The position numbers and the translations under genes were made by a program. From the NCBI GenBank assembly GCA_951406725.2, contig OX597828.1, positions 11,160,001-11,224,000 of the forward strand: DNA of 64,000 nucleotides, given 5' to 3'. This document shows positions 12,809 through 29,072 of this stretch, piece by piece (the first letter of the stretch is position 1; the number at the start of each line of letters is the position of its first letter). The notes under the pieces were generated by a model, which searched no databases, was not told where the DNA came from, and saw nothing but the letters and a program-made list of their open reading frames with translations. Origin of the DNA: Octopus vulgaris (Eukaryota).

Positions 12809-13674
12809 TTAAAAATTGGTGAAACATTACAACCTCGTTATATATTTGCTACTTCTACTTTTCCCTTTTATTCGTAGATGCGACACATTTCATTTATTTA
12901 TAATTGAAAAGCAGTAACAGCATAAACTATAGCGAAAACCTTAACTGCGGTTTAATAAAGAGACAAAGAATAGTTATGATATGAACAGCCTCTGTAATTA
13001 TGTGCATGGTTAAGTCAATGAACATATCAGGTGGTTGTTCAACCACTGTAAGTTTTATTTTCACCAAGTAAGTACTGGTGAAACATGAATTTTTCAGTTC
13101 ATTTCTTTAGATTCTAGAAGATTTGAGAATTGATTATGGTACAATAAAAAAAAAACTGACATACCTTTGTTTTACAATGCTGTCTGTGAATTTTGCTTGG
13201 TTTGTGTAAATTTGAAACCGAAACCACGAGTTTACCATTTGCCAAAACATGAAAATAAATCAAACTGATTCGTGTTCAGAATTGTACACATCTAATTAGG
13301 ATCGTTTCTCTCCACTCATTCCACCCATTCTACATTATATAAATGTGATCATAGACACACGCACGCTTAAACTTATACACACACACTCACACACATGTAC
13401 ATGTATTCATGTATATATGTTTGTATGCATGAATGGTATACACATATTTATATTCATGTATATATGCATACACACATGCATACACACATAGACGCATACG
13501 TATATGTATATATAATATGAGTTAAAAGTCAAATTTTGAGATGAAATCACGTTGGACTCGACTTTGCTTTTCAATCTTCTGTGATCAATAATATGATTAC
13601 ATACATGCATAGACACAAGAACAACAAGTTTGGGTCAGCATGAACAGTCGATTATATTGACTCCATTTGTTGAG

Positions 13675-14160
13675 TGATATTTATTTTATCGAACCAGGAA
13701 GATGAAAGGCATTTGACCTCAGCGGGATTCGAAATAAGAGCATAAAGAACCATATCAAATACTGCAGTACATATTGTCTGATGCTGTAACGATTTTGTTA
13801 ATCCATCGCACACTGAGGTTGATACTACGATGGATCCTTCGTCGGTTTCAACGATGAGCATTCAGATGTTCGATTAACTGGACATTTAACTTGTTCATTT
13901 ATTAGGAAGTGGATGAGTATTCCATAGACACGAGCTCTCTTATCGTAATGAAAAACTACGTGACAATTCTAGGCATTTGGATAACAGGTAAAATCAATCC
14001 GACCGGCTTACACACAGTTTCTCTCTGTCCAGTTTCCATAACAAAGCTTGGGTCGATTCGGGGCTACATTAAAGGAACTTTGTCAAGATGCAATATTAAG
14101 AGATCAAACCCTGAACCTCAAGATTCAGAAGCAATTTTCTTAACTAGTCAACCATGCCTA
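13675..14160 (-). mobile_element. Cluster of diverged SINE fragments (A, C tail, B head)
   Basis: GATGAAAGGCATTTGACCTCAGCGGGATTCGAA (A), AAGTGGATGAGTATTCCATAGACAC (C tail), CAGTTTCCATAAC..AAGCTTGGGTCGATTCGGGGCTA (B). Confidence 0.6.
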
Positions 14161-14217
14161 CGTACACGGTTGCTGATTTAAAATCCTAGTAAAAAATTGT
14201 TTTCGAACTTTCTAAAG

Positions 14218-14372
14218 ATCCTTTTTGGTCACGAATGACCAAGGGATTGCCCAGAGAATGTTTCCCTCCGAAGCACAAGTCCGGGCAAAGTCGTGTGTGG
14301 AGTTACCCATGCATACCAGCATCTCCTCTCTATGCCATCGATGTCGTCCAGGGAAAATCATTAAATTGATAC
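14218..14372 (-). mobile_element. SINE family E 3' fragment
   Basis: Reverse-complement similarity to 28858-29030 (CACAAGTCCGGGCAAAG, CATGCATACCAGC, CTCTCTATGCCA). Confidence 0.7.
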
Positions 14373-14933
14373 ATATAACTGCATATGTCTATACTTGCGC
14401 ATGTAAAAAGTTTTTTTCTCCTCGTGAATTTTCACCATGCGCTAGTTGGGGAGTTTATGTGCATCTATGCATCCCTATCAGATTCGATCATGCTGGACAG
14501 ATCACAGTCTAGATGCTAGACCAAACGGTATCTCTGGTCTTCTTTTTAGGATTTTGGTAAGGAGTTAACTGCCTGACATTGTGAATAATCTGCACCCGCT
14601 ACAGACATACTGACGAAGAGACCAAAGCAATCTCATAGATTTGGTTACCTGGCAGACCCTAAAAAGAGAGAGTAAAATACTCCTTGCGATATAACCTGCA
14701 AAATGAAGTGATATAATCGAGAAGGAGAGAAATTAGAGAGGAAAGCTCATGAGGGAAATTAACGAAGCGAGATTGTCGATGGTCTCTGCCCCGGGAGGAA
14801 TCAGAAGCCTGAAATATGTTCATGGGGATTTATACCAATTTGATTGGATGCACTGTGTTTCCTGTGGACTTATACCAATAAGATTGAGCGCAATAGGTAG
14901 GTCACCGGGCATGAGTTCAAATACTGCTAAGAT

Positions 14934-15109
14934 GCATTATTTACATTATTTACATTTGACGGATATTTGTCCTCATCTTGTTTGTTGTTAACACAACGTT
15001 TCGGCTGATATACCCACGGGTATATGGCGAAGTGGTTAAGAGCGCAAGCTACTAACCCCAAGATTCCGAATGAGAACCTGGATTCTCATTCCTAAGGTAT
15101 GCTTCGATG

Positions 15110-15144
<35 letters not shown>

Positions 15145-15323
15145 CCAGGTCACTGCCTGGAATCGAACTCAAAATCTTGGGGTTAGTAGCCCGCGGTCTT
15201 AAACACTACGCCATATGCCCGTGGGTATATCAGCCGAAACGTTGTATTAACAACAAACAAGATGAGGACAAATATCCCTCAAATGTAAATAATGTATATA
15301 ATTCCTCATCTCTTAAATATAGA
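14934..15323. mobile_element. Palindromic insertion: tRNA-like head plus Penelope-type end with partial hammerhead
   Basis: ~125-bp inverted arms 14942-15065 and 15173-15296; 11-bp TSD ACTGCTAAGAT at 14923-14933 and 15324-15334. Confidence 0.8.
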
Positions 15324-15874
15324 ACTGCTAAGATAGTCTTTCACGTTTCTGATTCTGAATGTATGAAATAAGGACCAAATACTAGAATCGATCTCATACA
15401 TATTACCGTTCCTCCAAAAATTTGTACCCGCTTGGCCTACATGAGAATTCATTAACTGCAAATATGTATGCACAAATACAGATGTATCTGCCTACGTAAA
15501 AATATACTTGTGACTCTGTATGTGAGTTTGTATATGTGAGTGTGATTGTATATGCATGTTGTGTATGTGTGTTTCTGTGTTTGTATGTGTTGTGTATGCG
15601 TCTGTTTGTACCTGTGTTGTGCATGTGTCGTGCGTATGTATGGCGGATATGAATGCTTTCTGTGTATGTGTTTGTAATATGTTATCTGTCAACGAAAGAA
15701 AACTGTTGAATCAGGCATGAATTAATAAGGAACAACTGGTGAGCGATAATGAATTGAGTTATTTATAGTAAATATTTTAATCATATTAAATCAACCAACA
15801 GTTTTCTTTTAACTTCTGGTTATAACATTCTGCAAATTTCTTGTAAAAATTTTCAAGCCTTAATCAATATATAT

Positions 15875-15929
<55 letters not shown>

Positions 15930-16015
15930 CACACATTGAATTATAAACAACATACATGCATACGTATATGCACATACATGGAATGTGTATATATGTATGT
16001 ATGAATACATGCATG

Positions 16016-16165
<150 letters not shown>

Positions 16166-17337
16166 TGAGTGAGTGTATTCTCATTGCTCTTTCATTTACG
16201 GCGTTACTTCATTTTTTGAAAATTAAAATGTCTTTTTTTATTTTTAATTTAGCTGATTGAATTTATTTTTCCTTTACTGTTCCGTGTTGTTTTTTTTTTG
16301 TTGTTATTGTTGGTGTTATTATACACTCCTGCTTCTGTTTGCAGTATTAGTAATATTATTTATTTAAAGCACCAAAAAAACACACACTATATTTAAGTTA
16401 ACCGAAGAAGTATTGGTAGAGCTCGGTTTTTTTAATTAACTTATATATTCTTATGCATTTATTTATTTAATCTATTTATCTATTTGTATATTTATTTATT
16501 TATATATTTATTTATTTATATATTTATTTATCCGTTCATTAATTTATTTAAAATAAGCGAAGAAAATTCCATCACATCGTACCATTCGACTTTGGAATAT
16601 AAGAATAGAATTATAGCTTTTTGATGAGTACTTTCCAGAGAGAATTGTAATAAATTATCTATTAGTAAAAAAAAAAAAAGAAGAGAAAGGAAAACAAAGC
16701 AAAAACAATAAAAAAAACTAATAGGAAAAGAAACAAAAAAAGAACCTCGTAAAAATATAAAAACTAAATATATATTTAATGATCGCTTACAATGTAGGAT
16801 TAAGCTTAATTTCCGTTATATATAGATAATTTCCCCTTTCGTTTTAATTGAAAACATAAATAAAAAGGTTTCGCTCTTACAGGTTTTCCACGAATGTTTT
16901 TTTCTTGTCTGTTTGTTTTATGACTGTTTTATTTTTTTATTTGTGTATGTTTGTGTATATGTGTGTGGTCTTTATTTGTTTACGCTATTGATTACTGAAC
17001 GAATAAATTACTTATTTATTCATTTCATTTTAAAATTTTATTACCTAATATACATAAATACAAACAAGCATACTCGTCATCCAAGCATACTTGCACATAC
17101 GGAACACGCGTATGTGCAAGTATCGTGTATAAGCATGCGATGAGGCATGCATAATGCGTCGTGTATATGCAAACTGGTGCATACACGAACACAACAACGC
17201 CACACGCACACACACATACACACACGTGTGTGTGTGTGTGTGTGTGTATACATATGCGTATACATTTATATACATGCATACAAACGCACACCTACTTACA
17301 TACATACAATGATAAATTCATGGATAGATAGACAGAT

Positions 17338-17389
17338 AAAGAGATACAGATACAAATAGACTGGCAGACAGACAGAAAAACAGACAGAC

Positions 17390-17464
<75 letters not shown>

Positions 17465-17525
17465 CTGACAGACAGACAGACAGACAGACAGATATACAGA
17501 CAGACAGATATACAGACAGAAAGAC

Positions 17526-17602
<77 letters not shown>

Positions 17603-17653
17603 CATAGACTGACAGACAGACAGATATACAGACAGACAGACAGACAGATAGAT

Positions 17654-17735
<82 letters not shown>
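17338..17735. repeat. (GATA)n/(GACA)n microsatellite
   Basis: Direct inspection; source of spurious YLSI ORFs. Confidence 0.97.
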
Positions 17736-18393
17736 GTGTATGTATCTATGTACGTTTGTATGTATGTATGTGTGTGTTTGTAAGTATGCATGTATGTATG
17801 TATGGATGGATGGATGTATGCATGTATGTATGGATGGATGGATGGATGGATGATTGCATACTTGCACATCATATACATTAACGCTGACGAATGAAGCCTA
17901 TTATAAGTGTATAGCTTCACGTTTACATTCATGTTTATATTTACCAGAGCATAAAAGTACCACTCGTCACATGAAGCAGAACTTATATTTATTGCAAACC
18001 TGTCAGTGGTTCGTTTCGCCATTACGGAATTGGTCCTTCTGCCCAGTGGAAGGTTCTCTTTCCACGAAGAGATAAAATGCAGACGTTGTTCTCTTTGTCA
18101 GATGAAAATTGAAATGAGGAGCGACGATAAGGAGATAATGAATAACGAAAACGGTATTTACGTTACACCGACCTTTCAGGGATAGCTCCGATCAGCCTAT
18201 TTTTATGTGAAACTGGCCTACCTGCTCGAAACCTCATTCCAGTTGCTATCCACCAGGGGATATGGCTTGGAGTAGATTATTGTCAGACATTCTGATAAAA
18301 CCCTCGGACTAGCACTCTACGATGCTGACCGTTATGGAATTGTTTATCAAACCGCCCAAATATAAGCATCCGATTTACTTTGGTTAATTTGTT

Positions 18394-18624
18394 AATTTCT
18401 TTATTGCCCACAAGGAGCTAAACATAGAGGGGAAAAACAATGGCAGACAAGGAATTAGGCCGATTACATCGACCCCGGAACACAACTGGTACTTAATTTA
18501 TCGCCCCCGAAAGGATGAAAGGCAAAGTCAACCTCGGTGAAATTTGAACTCAGAACGTAGCGGCTGACGAAATACCGCTAAGCACTTCGCCCGGCGTACT
18601 AACGTTTCTACCAGCTCGCCGCCT
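18394..18624 (-). mobile_element. SINE family A monomer, long tail
   Basis: Reverse complement of the 2028 unit; TSD TTTG(G/A)TTAATTTGTT at 18379-18393 and 18628-18642. Confidence 0.9.
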
Positions 18625-18985
18625 AAATTTGATTAATTTGTTTCCGTGTTACGAACATACAAGACTCTAATGAGGAGCCGATTACGTCGATTTTCATGGT
18701 TACCAACATCGTAACAATAATGTCGTTCATGATTCCCAACACGGACTTCGCGCGTCTGTTCAATGTTCGACCGTAAAGTTTTCCTAGAGAAGCCAAATTT
18801 ATAGCCTGCTATAGATGTAACGCATAGGTTGAAGAACACATGAATACATATGTCTGAAACTGCACAGGTTTCCTAACGTCATCGCCGGCAGCAAATACCA
18901 TCTACGTTCAACAGCATTATGGCCCAATCATTTTCAATGATTTTCGGTTTGACAAAGTGATGAAAACTTTCTCCACCCTCAAGTA

Positions 18986-19047
<62 letters not shown>

Positions 19048-19082
19048 CATTTATTATTATTATTATTATTATGATTATTATA

Positions 19083-20239
<1,157 letters not shown>

Positions 20240-20364
20240 TTTCAAATTTTTCTAATGGCAGTTAGAAAGCGCGTGGTGATGTTTTTATTCGTGTAGATAT
20301 AAATATATATATATATATATATATACGTATGTAATTCTGTCGTGTTAGACTTATACATTTATAA

Positions 20365-21780
20365 AAGAACTTGAGCGAGACCAAACTTATAAATACGTAG
20401 AAATAAATGAATGTTTTGGCATTTAGCCTACAAGCATGAAAGAGAGTATAGGAGAGTTCGAGCAATAACTTTAGCTAAATGCACATAACAAGGTGTTATC
20501 CATAAATTTCTTAACAGTCCCAATTCGTGTTTATAGCTTCAATGTGTTGAACTGGAATATTAGTGAAATAAAAATAATTGACAGAAAATACGTAAGCTGA
20601 TGACTTGCAATAAGAAGCACCACCCAAAGGCAGATATGGATCGTCTTTACCTTCCCAGAGCCCTAGGTAGTCGAGGCTTGATCCAGTTTGAGCACAGTTG
20701 GACTGGTCAAATATCTTGCAACATCTAACTACCGGAAGCTAAAATTCGTTAAAAATCAACAGAAGCCTAATACGATTCATTCCGTCATGATACCCAGACT
20801 GAGCAGCATGACAGGAGTACAGCAACTGTTGATAAAAAGAGGGTGAGATTAATGGCGAGGTAAAAAGCGTATGAATTGTCTAGTAGGGTCAGAAACCTCT
20901 GTATGGCAGATATTTGGCCCACAGCAAAATAAGTTGATGTAGACCAGAAGCACACGCATCAGTGGTTATAGAGTTCGTGGCTAAAGAGACAGAGTGAAGG
21001 CTTCGTCTCAACTGCTAAAGATCACAACTTATTGACCTGGAACTACTAAGCTAAGTGTGATGAAAAATGAAGTAGTTTCAAAGTACCGATTCTGCAATGA
21101 TGTAATAGAAACAGTGGCCCACCGAATCTCTAGATGTAAATTTTTAGCACCAGAGGAGTATAAATCAAAACATGACAGATTTGGCCAATATTTACACTGG
21201 CTAATGTGTCGGCATTATAAAAACAGAACTGTTGAGAAGTGGTATAAGTATCACCCTGAAGCTGCTGAGGAAGATAATATAAACGAATCTTTAGAATTTT
21301 CCGATACATACAGACAGAAACATCAAAGGTAATATACCGGATATTGTTGTGAAAGACCAAAACAATAAAGTTTGTTTATTGATAGACATGAATATTCCTT
21401 GTGATCATAATATCTCGGCAAAAGAATTTGACAAGCTCAAAAAATATATAGAGATTTGCTCATTGAAATCGAAAAACATACGGCATCTCAAGACGGTTAC
21501 ACCACCAGTGATTGTAGGAGCATCTGGAATGATGAAAAAAAGTGAAAATTATTTGAGGGTGATGGCTGGCTTACCATCCACGCAAGGAGTTCAAAAGACT
21601 ATTTTAACTGGTACGTCACATGTATTGAGAAGCTCATTGTTGCTGTGAGAAAGATTACAACCCATGTAGATTTTTCCCTTTTTTCTTTGTTTTTCTGTCT
21701 TTATTCTTTCGTATTTCTTTTTTGTCGCAAAACGTGATTTTGTTAATAAACAATTTGGTGTCTTTATTTTAATGGCCTAT
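20365..21780 (+). mobile_element. R4/Dong-like LINE fragment 2 with REL endonuclease and 3' UTR
   Basis: Diverged paralog of fragment 1 continuing through PDIVVKDQNNKVCLLIDMNIP and VIVGASG...VQKTILTGTSHVLR* (stop 21648). Confidence 0.9.
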
Positions 21781-21788
21781 CAATTACT

Positions 21789-22342
21789 GAGTGAGAGAGC
21801 AGTGCATGCCATTAAAGTGACACTGGGGTAAAATATACGAAGCCCAGTATACCCATCATCACTACCCGTCTGATAAGGGTACACTAAGCACATGCATCAC
21901 AACCATATGTGCGCGACATGGTGATCTCATATCAAGATAAGCAGCACACGACCTTGCAGGTAGGGTCCAGTTAGAATTTTCTTCTGGTCGAGTGACCCAT
22001 CCTGCTCAAAAGGTCCCTGAATAAGGGTTGTTTAAGGATGTTGAACGAAATAGCCATGTTTCTAGAGATGAATTATTCAAACCCCAAAGAATCCCTCTCA
22101 ACACATGGCTATGATGCTCCCCCACTACTTCTGCTCGTGATCAGAGATGCACATATTGTCAGCCACTAAGGGACATGCTCAACTGGTTAAGGTCAAACAA
22201 CTGACAAGCAAATCTATGGTATTGAGCAGAATATTTGCTGTAGCCCATCTTTTATACCAAGACAAAACAATGTACATGGTAACACTTCCAATCAGTTAAG
22301 ATCAGAAACCATGAGAGCCACTGCCTGGTACTGCATCAGGGC
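21789..22342 (-). mobile_element. ~550-bp non-coding element family D adjoining (ATT)n
   Basis: Highly similar reverse-complement copy at 59978-60500; no ORF; strand assigned by inference from truncation. Confidence 0.85.
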
Positions 22343-22343
22343 A

Positions 22344-22428
<85 letters not shown>

Positions 22429-23263
22429 TTTATCATCATCGTCGTCGTTGTTTTTGTTATCATTATCATTATTATTTGTTTTATTATAATATTCACGTGT
22501 GATAAAAATCATACTAATGCGGATACAAAAGCCATTTTCATCTTGACTTCGAATAAAAGCGAAGTATTAGAAACATGAATCTTAGGCTATTGTATAAACA
22601 ATGACGTCTGTGTTATAAATTGAATCATAAAGAGTAAATTTGCATAGGTCTGCGTTTTTTTAACCCGAAAATCTCAACTGTAAATATCTGATATTTCTTT
22701 GGATCAAAAAGAGGCATAAAGAAAAATTAACATCTTTGTAAGTATAAACATCGTAGTTATATCGATTGAGATGCACGAAACTCTTTATTGTATGTACTAT
22801 TTATTTTATTGATACGTCACGGAGGAAATATAGATGCAAAGACGTCAACTATGAAAGAATATAAGAATATACAAATTGCCTAACATGAAACGAAGAACAA
22901 AGAAGAAAAATGTCCAAAAAAGATTCACAGAAAAAGATAATCGCTAACAAATATCTGAATAGTTCTTTCGTATTTCCTTTATGTACATAAAACGTTCACG
23001 CAGTCCATGATGAATGTTGGGAAAGCATAGAACTTGACCTTGTGGAGTAATTATTTCGTGTCATTCATTTTAGATACGTTCATATCTCTAAAAATTCACT
23101 TAAATCTACGTCAGATTTGTCCATCAACGCTCCACCGACCTATACGCCGACACGTTGACCAATGATTTCTCTGAGGAAATCAACTCTGCTCAAACTTTGA
23201 TTTCTTGATATTCGCGAATGGTCGGTTTCTATGCCATTGCCTCCATCACTGCATTTCTCTTGT

Positions 23264-23324
<61 letters not shown>

Positions 23325-23385
23325 TCATTACAGATATAGGGTGAAAGATGTGGTCAAGCAACTTGTTGCAAAACCCTTATTGTTA

Positions 23386-23443
<58 letters not shown>

Positions 23444-23545
23444 AAAAAGGAGATGTCGAACACGAGTGGTGATATATAAAAAAGGAAATGAAGAAAATGC
23501 TGACAAATAATTGAAGTAATTTAAGTAATTTAATTAGGTGAAAGT

Positions 23546-23584
23546 TCTTTTTACCGGTTGCGCATTTGTTATGCTTATCAAAAT
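23546..23584 (-). ncRNA. Degenerate minimal hammerhead motif (U3-A8 variant)
   Basis: Minus: TT-TTGATAA-GCAT-aacaa-ATGC-GCAA-CCGG-TA-AA; GAAA mutated to GCAA; in an insert between (TA)n tracts. Confidence 0.5.
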
Positions 23585-23590
23585 ATATAT

Positions 23591-23674
<84 letters not shown>

Positions 23675-23682
23675 TATGTATG

Positions 23683-23790
<108 letters not shown>

Positions 23791-24009
23791 AGTGTGTTTG
23801 TGTATGAATAACATTCAATGCTTATTTAAGTGTATATTCATCCGTACAACCATACATACATGGATATATATATATATGTATGAATATATATGCGTGTGTG
23901 AGTGTGTCTGTGTGTATAAATAAATAAACATATATAGAGATATAGATAGATACATACATACATTTATACATGCATACATACATACATACATTCATACACA
24001 AAGACACAC

Positions 24010-24248
24010 ATGTGTGTGTTTTTGTGTGCGCGTTTTTATCGCTCTCCTCTGTTACCGTTTGACGACCGGAGTTGGTGCGTCTTCGTCCCCGTATCATAAC
24101 ACCTGGGCAAAAGACCGATGAATTAAGTAAAAAGCTTTAAAATAAATAAATCCTGGGGTCGATTTGTTCAACTAAAACCTTTCAAGGCGGTGCTCCAGGA
24201 TGACCGCAGTCAAATGACTGAAACAAGTAAAAGAATAAAAGAATAAAA
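24010..24248 (+). mobile_element. SINE family B 3' half
   Basis: GTTTGACGACCGG..CCTGGGGTCGATTTGTTCAACTAAA..GGCGGTGCTCCAG..GACTGAAACAAGTAAAAGAATAAAAGA. Confidence 0.85.
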
Positions 24249-24596
24249 TCCGTTTTCTCCGATTTTTCCCCACGTATACATTTTACAGATAAGTGTCTTC
24301 TTTAAATATTCGGCTCATCCCGATAGATTATGGCGAAGTGAGACAGCCTTTTATAGAACAAACATATATATATATATATATATATATCTCATAATAATAT
24401 TATTATTCTCATAATTCTCTCTCCCGCTTCTGCAGTGGAAATATGATCTTTATGTACATATTATCTGTGAATATATGACCCCTCCATGCCTGAGAAACAA
24501 AATATAGAATATAAACTTTTAAATTTTATTTTTATCTCTTATTATTGTTATTTTTGTTGCTGCTGTTGTTGTTGTTATTATCATTATTATTACTAC

Positions 24597-24687
<91 letters not shown>

Positions 24688-24709
24688 GTTGTTGTTGTAG
24701 TTGTTGTTA

Positions 24710-25082
24710 AGTCGGCGAACTGTCAGCATGGCGGGCTAAATGCCTAGCTGTATTTTGCCTGCCTTTATGTTTTGAGTTCATATTCCGCTGAGGTTGACTT
24801 TGCCTTTCATCCTTTTGGGGTCGATAAATTAAATACCATTGAAACACGGGGCTCGATGTAATCGACTAATCTCCTCCCAAAAAAAATTTCAGGCCTTTTG
24901 CCTGTATTAGAAAGTGTTAGTATTGTTATTATTATAAGGTGCTATGCTGCCAAAATCTTTAGTATGACGAACAAAATGTTTGTTAGCATTTCGTCTGTCT
25001 TCACATTCTGAGTTCAAATCCCACCTAGGTCGATTTTGCGTTCTATCCTTTCGAAGGCGATGAAATAAGAAATCGAGTTCTC
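24710..25082 (+). mobile_element. Two tandem older SINE A copies (short tail)
   Basis: TGAGTTCATATTCCGCTGAGGTTGACTTTGCCTTTCATCC and TGAGTTCAAATCCCACCTAGGTCGATTTTG. Confidence 0.8.
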
Positions 25083-25126
25083 CAATGCCTTCAAAGACTG
25101 ATGGTTCTGAGCCAAATTTTGAAATC

Positions 25127-25178
<52 letters not shown>

Positions 25179-25718
25179 CATCATCATATACTTTCCATGT
25201 TTCATATCGTTTCAAATGCACTTTTATATGTTTATAATTTGTCACTGTGCAAAAAAAAACACATTATTTTATTATTTAACTGAGTCCTATGTTAAACTGC
25301 TATACTAAAAATATTCTCGTCATATCTACAAAATATTCATCCCAGTCACTAATATATTATAGTTTCCTTCTCAACCCAATCATTAACGTTTGATTCTGTG
25401 AGCAGAACATTTTCAAGTTCATAGATCTCAAACATGAAGGGATATTATTTGAGAGTCTCGGATTTCCAGCTGGTCTCAGCAGATTTCAGTGGTTTTCAAA
25501 ATTAATGGCAACTCTGCCGTGTATAAAAACCAATAGCGATCTGGCACTAATCAGTCTGTTTCCTGCTGTTGATCGTGCAGTGTATATTCAATTTTATGTT
25601 GACATTCCACATGAAATAAGAATCTACGTTCAGCGAAATCATATATGGAATTTGCATGAGTACTTTAATACTGGCATTTATGTTTCGTCTGTCTTAGAGT
25701 TTAGGTTTTAGACACACA

Positions 25719-25771
<53 letters not shown>

Positions 25772-25973
25772 GTATATAATGAGAAGAGAACATATCACAT
25801 ACTGCGTTTGTTATGCAATTTTTTTTATTTGATGATGTAATCTATCTATACATATACAACAGAGTTATTAGTGTCGTATTATCAACGCGGGCAAAGTATT
25901 TTGTAAGCTCTCTGTTAGCACATCAGGCTAAGAATATTGATTAGATTAGTATATGCACACACATATATATACG

Positions 25974-26014
<41 letters not shown>

Positions 26015-26117
26015 GAAGAAATGAGGTACTCAGAAATCTGGATTGTTTTATATTTACAGATATTTATTAGTACATGTTACATGTTTTTATAAATCATATC
26101 GGGTTTTGCCAGTATCA

Positions 26118-26158
26118 TATAATAGCGCTTTCGTCCACTCTGGTGGAGTTTTCAAATT
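26118..26158 (-). ncRNA. Degenerate minimal hammerhead motif (U3-A8 variant)
   Basis: Minus: TTGAAAA-c-TCCAC-caga-GTGGA-c-GAAA-GCGC-TA; palindromic stem III; stem I poor; insert flanked by (TG)n/(TA)n. Confidence 0.5.
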
Positions 26159-27118
26159 GAACTTTTGTAGGAATTTTGACTCTTTTTATAGCATTATTGT
26201 GTGTGTAGGGGTGGGGAGAGATATAAGATATATATATATAGATAGATATAGATATATAGATATAGATACTTGAATCTACGATAAAAAGTACTTCTCCAGC
26301 ATGCCTTAAAGCGGGGTTGAACCTGAGGCCTCGTAATTGCAAACAAACTTAACCATTACGCCTGCTGCGTCATGTGATACACGCATATACATACACAAAA
26401 ACACGCCGCACATGTGTGTATGTTGGTTTATGTATGTTTATTTCATATACATGCGTATATGTGAATGCCTGTTATTTGTGAATTACGAATATTTCACCAA
26501 ACTAGATTATATAATGCGGAAAATAAATTAGAAAAAAAGAACGAAATTAAGGTTTGTAAAGAATTTATTTCAATAAAAGCAATTGCTCGGTGATCCATTT
26601 TAACAACTTATTCCATTTGAACATTAAAGTTTTGGAATTGCGTCTGCTTATCCATCACATTCATTTAAATAAAATGTAATAGATTTTGTTTTTGCTGCCG
26701 TCGCTTTTGTTGTTGTTGTTGTTGCTGTTACTGTTTTTATTACTAATTGAGATTTTCAAAGTGAGTGAATACACGTTGCTTTCAGCATGTGAAGTTTTAT
26801 AAAGTTCAGAGCGGCGAGGCTAAGGAGATGGCACGTCAAATGATAGCTATAGAGACAGCTTCCGGCAATTATTGAGCCAAAATCCAGAAGTGTCTATACA
26901 ACAGGAAATACTCAGGAGAGGATACAAAGAAATCTTGTTTTCAATAAGTTACATCTAGAGGGACAGTAGCCTCAAAACAGACAGTCAACAAATAGCCATT
27001 TATATCCTTGTGATTTTCCTCCCGGTGAGAATTGCAGTTTGTCTTTATGGATATTTCTGTATATATGTGTGCGTAAGACGTGTTGCAGTAACGTGAGGGG
27101 AGGCAAGGAAGGCGTATA

Positions 27119-27671
<553 letters not shown>

Positions 27672-28438
27672 AGTGAAAGTGTGTGGCCGAATGGTTCTGG
27701 TGTTGCACTCATGATTGTTAGATCGTGGGTTCGATAGCTGGGCTGTGAGTGAGAGATTGGCAAAAATCGTCTGCAGAAATGCTTTATGGTTATATCTTTC
27801 AGCTTTCTTCATTCTGAGTTCAAATTCCAGCTGCCTAGAGAAGGCAACGAGGAACCAGTCCAGTATGGTAAACAAAGTTTCAGTAATGTATTCTAAAACT
27901 GTTTAATCTCATCTTTTGTATATTGTGTGACTTTCTGAAAGAGTTTTAATCTAAACATCTATCACTTATGCCAACTCGATGTTAGCTTATAGGAAGTTAT
28001 TGAAATGTGTTTCGCAATGAACGGACATGTATTTTACCATATCTACCATTACGATCTTGGTAGTGTGCTTAAGAAGTTCGCTTTGCAGTCATCTAATACA
28101 AGTTCGAGTCGTTCACGCTACATCTAAGGTGCGTATTTTCTACCATATCATCGAATTGAACCAAGAAACGAGCGAAACCGGTTCAAAGAAGAAAACTCTG
28201 TAGAAGCCTAACGGTTTAACTCAGCCTTTTCTTAGTTGATGCATTTAAACCATCACCCGGTTTAAAATTACAATTTGATCGTTGAATGCTTTAAGTGGAA
28301 TCTTCTCTGTTTTAAAACAATAACCTATATTATTATTTCTTCCTTCTCCTATCCCTACCAACGGTATTGAAGGTATACCAAGAGATGATAGGCATCCCTG
28401 CTCTACTTCTGATTAAACAATTAAAAGACCCTTCTGTC

Positions 28439-28514
<76 letters not shown>

Positions 28515-28678
28515 CTTATAAATATGGGCAAACGAAAAAGATTCTTATGCCAAATATGCCGAGAAATAGACTTTAAATCGACATGTTTTTTTTTTTTACA
28601 TAATTTTCACCTTTAAACGTACTTTTTAAATATGCTGTCCACTGATAAAATTTTTTTGAAAATGTTATCCTATATTAG

Positions 28679-28714
<36 letters not shown>

Positions 28715-28721
28715 GGGGGAG

Positions 28722-29031
28722 AGGGTGCGTAGGGCTCACAATCATGAGGTAGTGAGTTCGATTTCCAGACCGGGCTGTGTTGTGCTGTTGTGCAAGTCGC
28801 TTTATTTCAGTTCACTCAGCTGTAGAAATGAGTTGCGACGCCAATGCTGCGAAGCTGTATCAGCCTTTGCCATTCCCTTGGATAACATCGCTGGCGTAGA
28901 GAGGAGGAGGCTGGTATGCATGGTTCGTGGGCAACTGATGGTCTTCCATAATCAACTTTGCCCAGACTTGTGTTTCGTAAGGTGACTTTCTAGGTGCAAT
29001 CCCATGGCCATACAAGAGCGAAGGGGGTCTT

Positions 29032-29033
<2 letters not shown>
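28722..29033 (+). mobile_element. SINE family E (tRNA head, CORE-like domain)
   Basis: GGCTCACAATCATGAGGTAGTGAGTTCGATTTCC head, CAGTTCACTCAGCTGTAGAAATGAGT core, tail shared with 14218-14372. Confidence 0.75.

Positions 29034-29067
<34 letters not shown>

Positions 29068-29072
<5 letters not shown>

Noticed and set aside
14400-14900. Faint RT-like peptides and a CTGACGA motif
   Set aside because: Motifs out of order and no GAAA or stem III; cannot support either a LINE or a hammerhead
15145-15220. Possible tRNA gene (ACT anticodon loop), likewise the SINE C heads
   Set aside because: Acceptor and T stems do not close properly and they are embedded in repeats; treated as tRNA-derived heads
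18130-18950. Possible decayed LINE endonuclease on the minus strand around the SINE insertion
   Set aside because: Only a faint IDVIG-like match; too degraded to call
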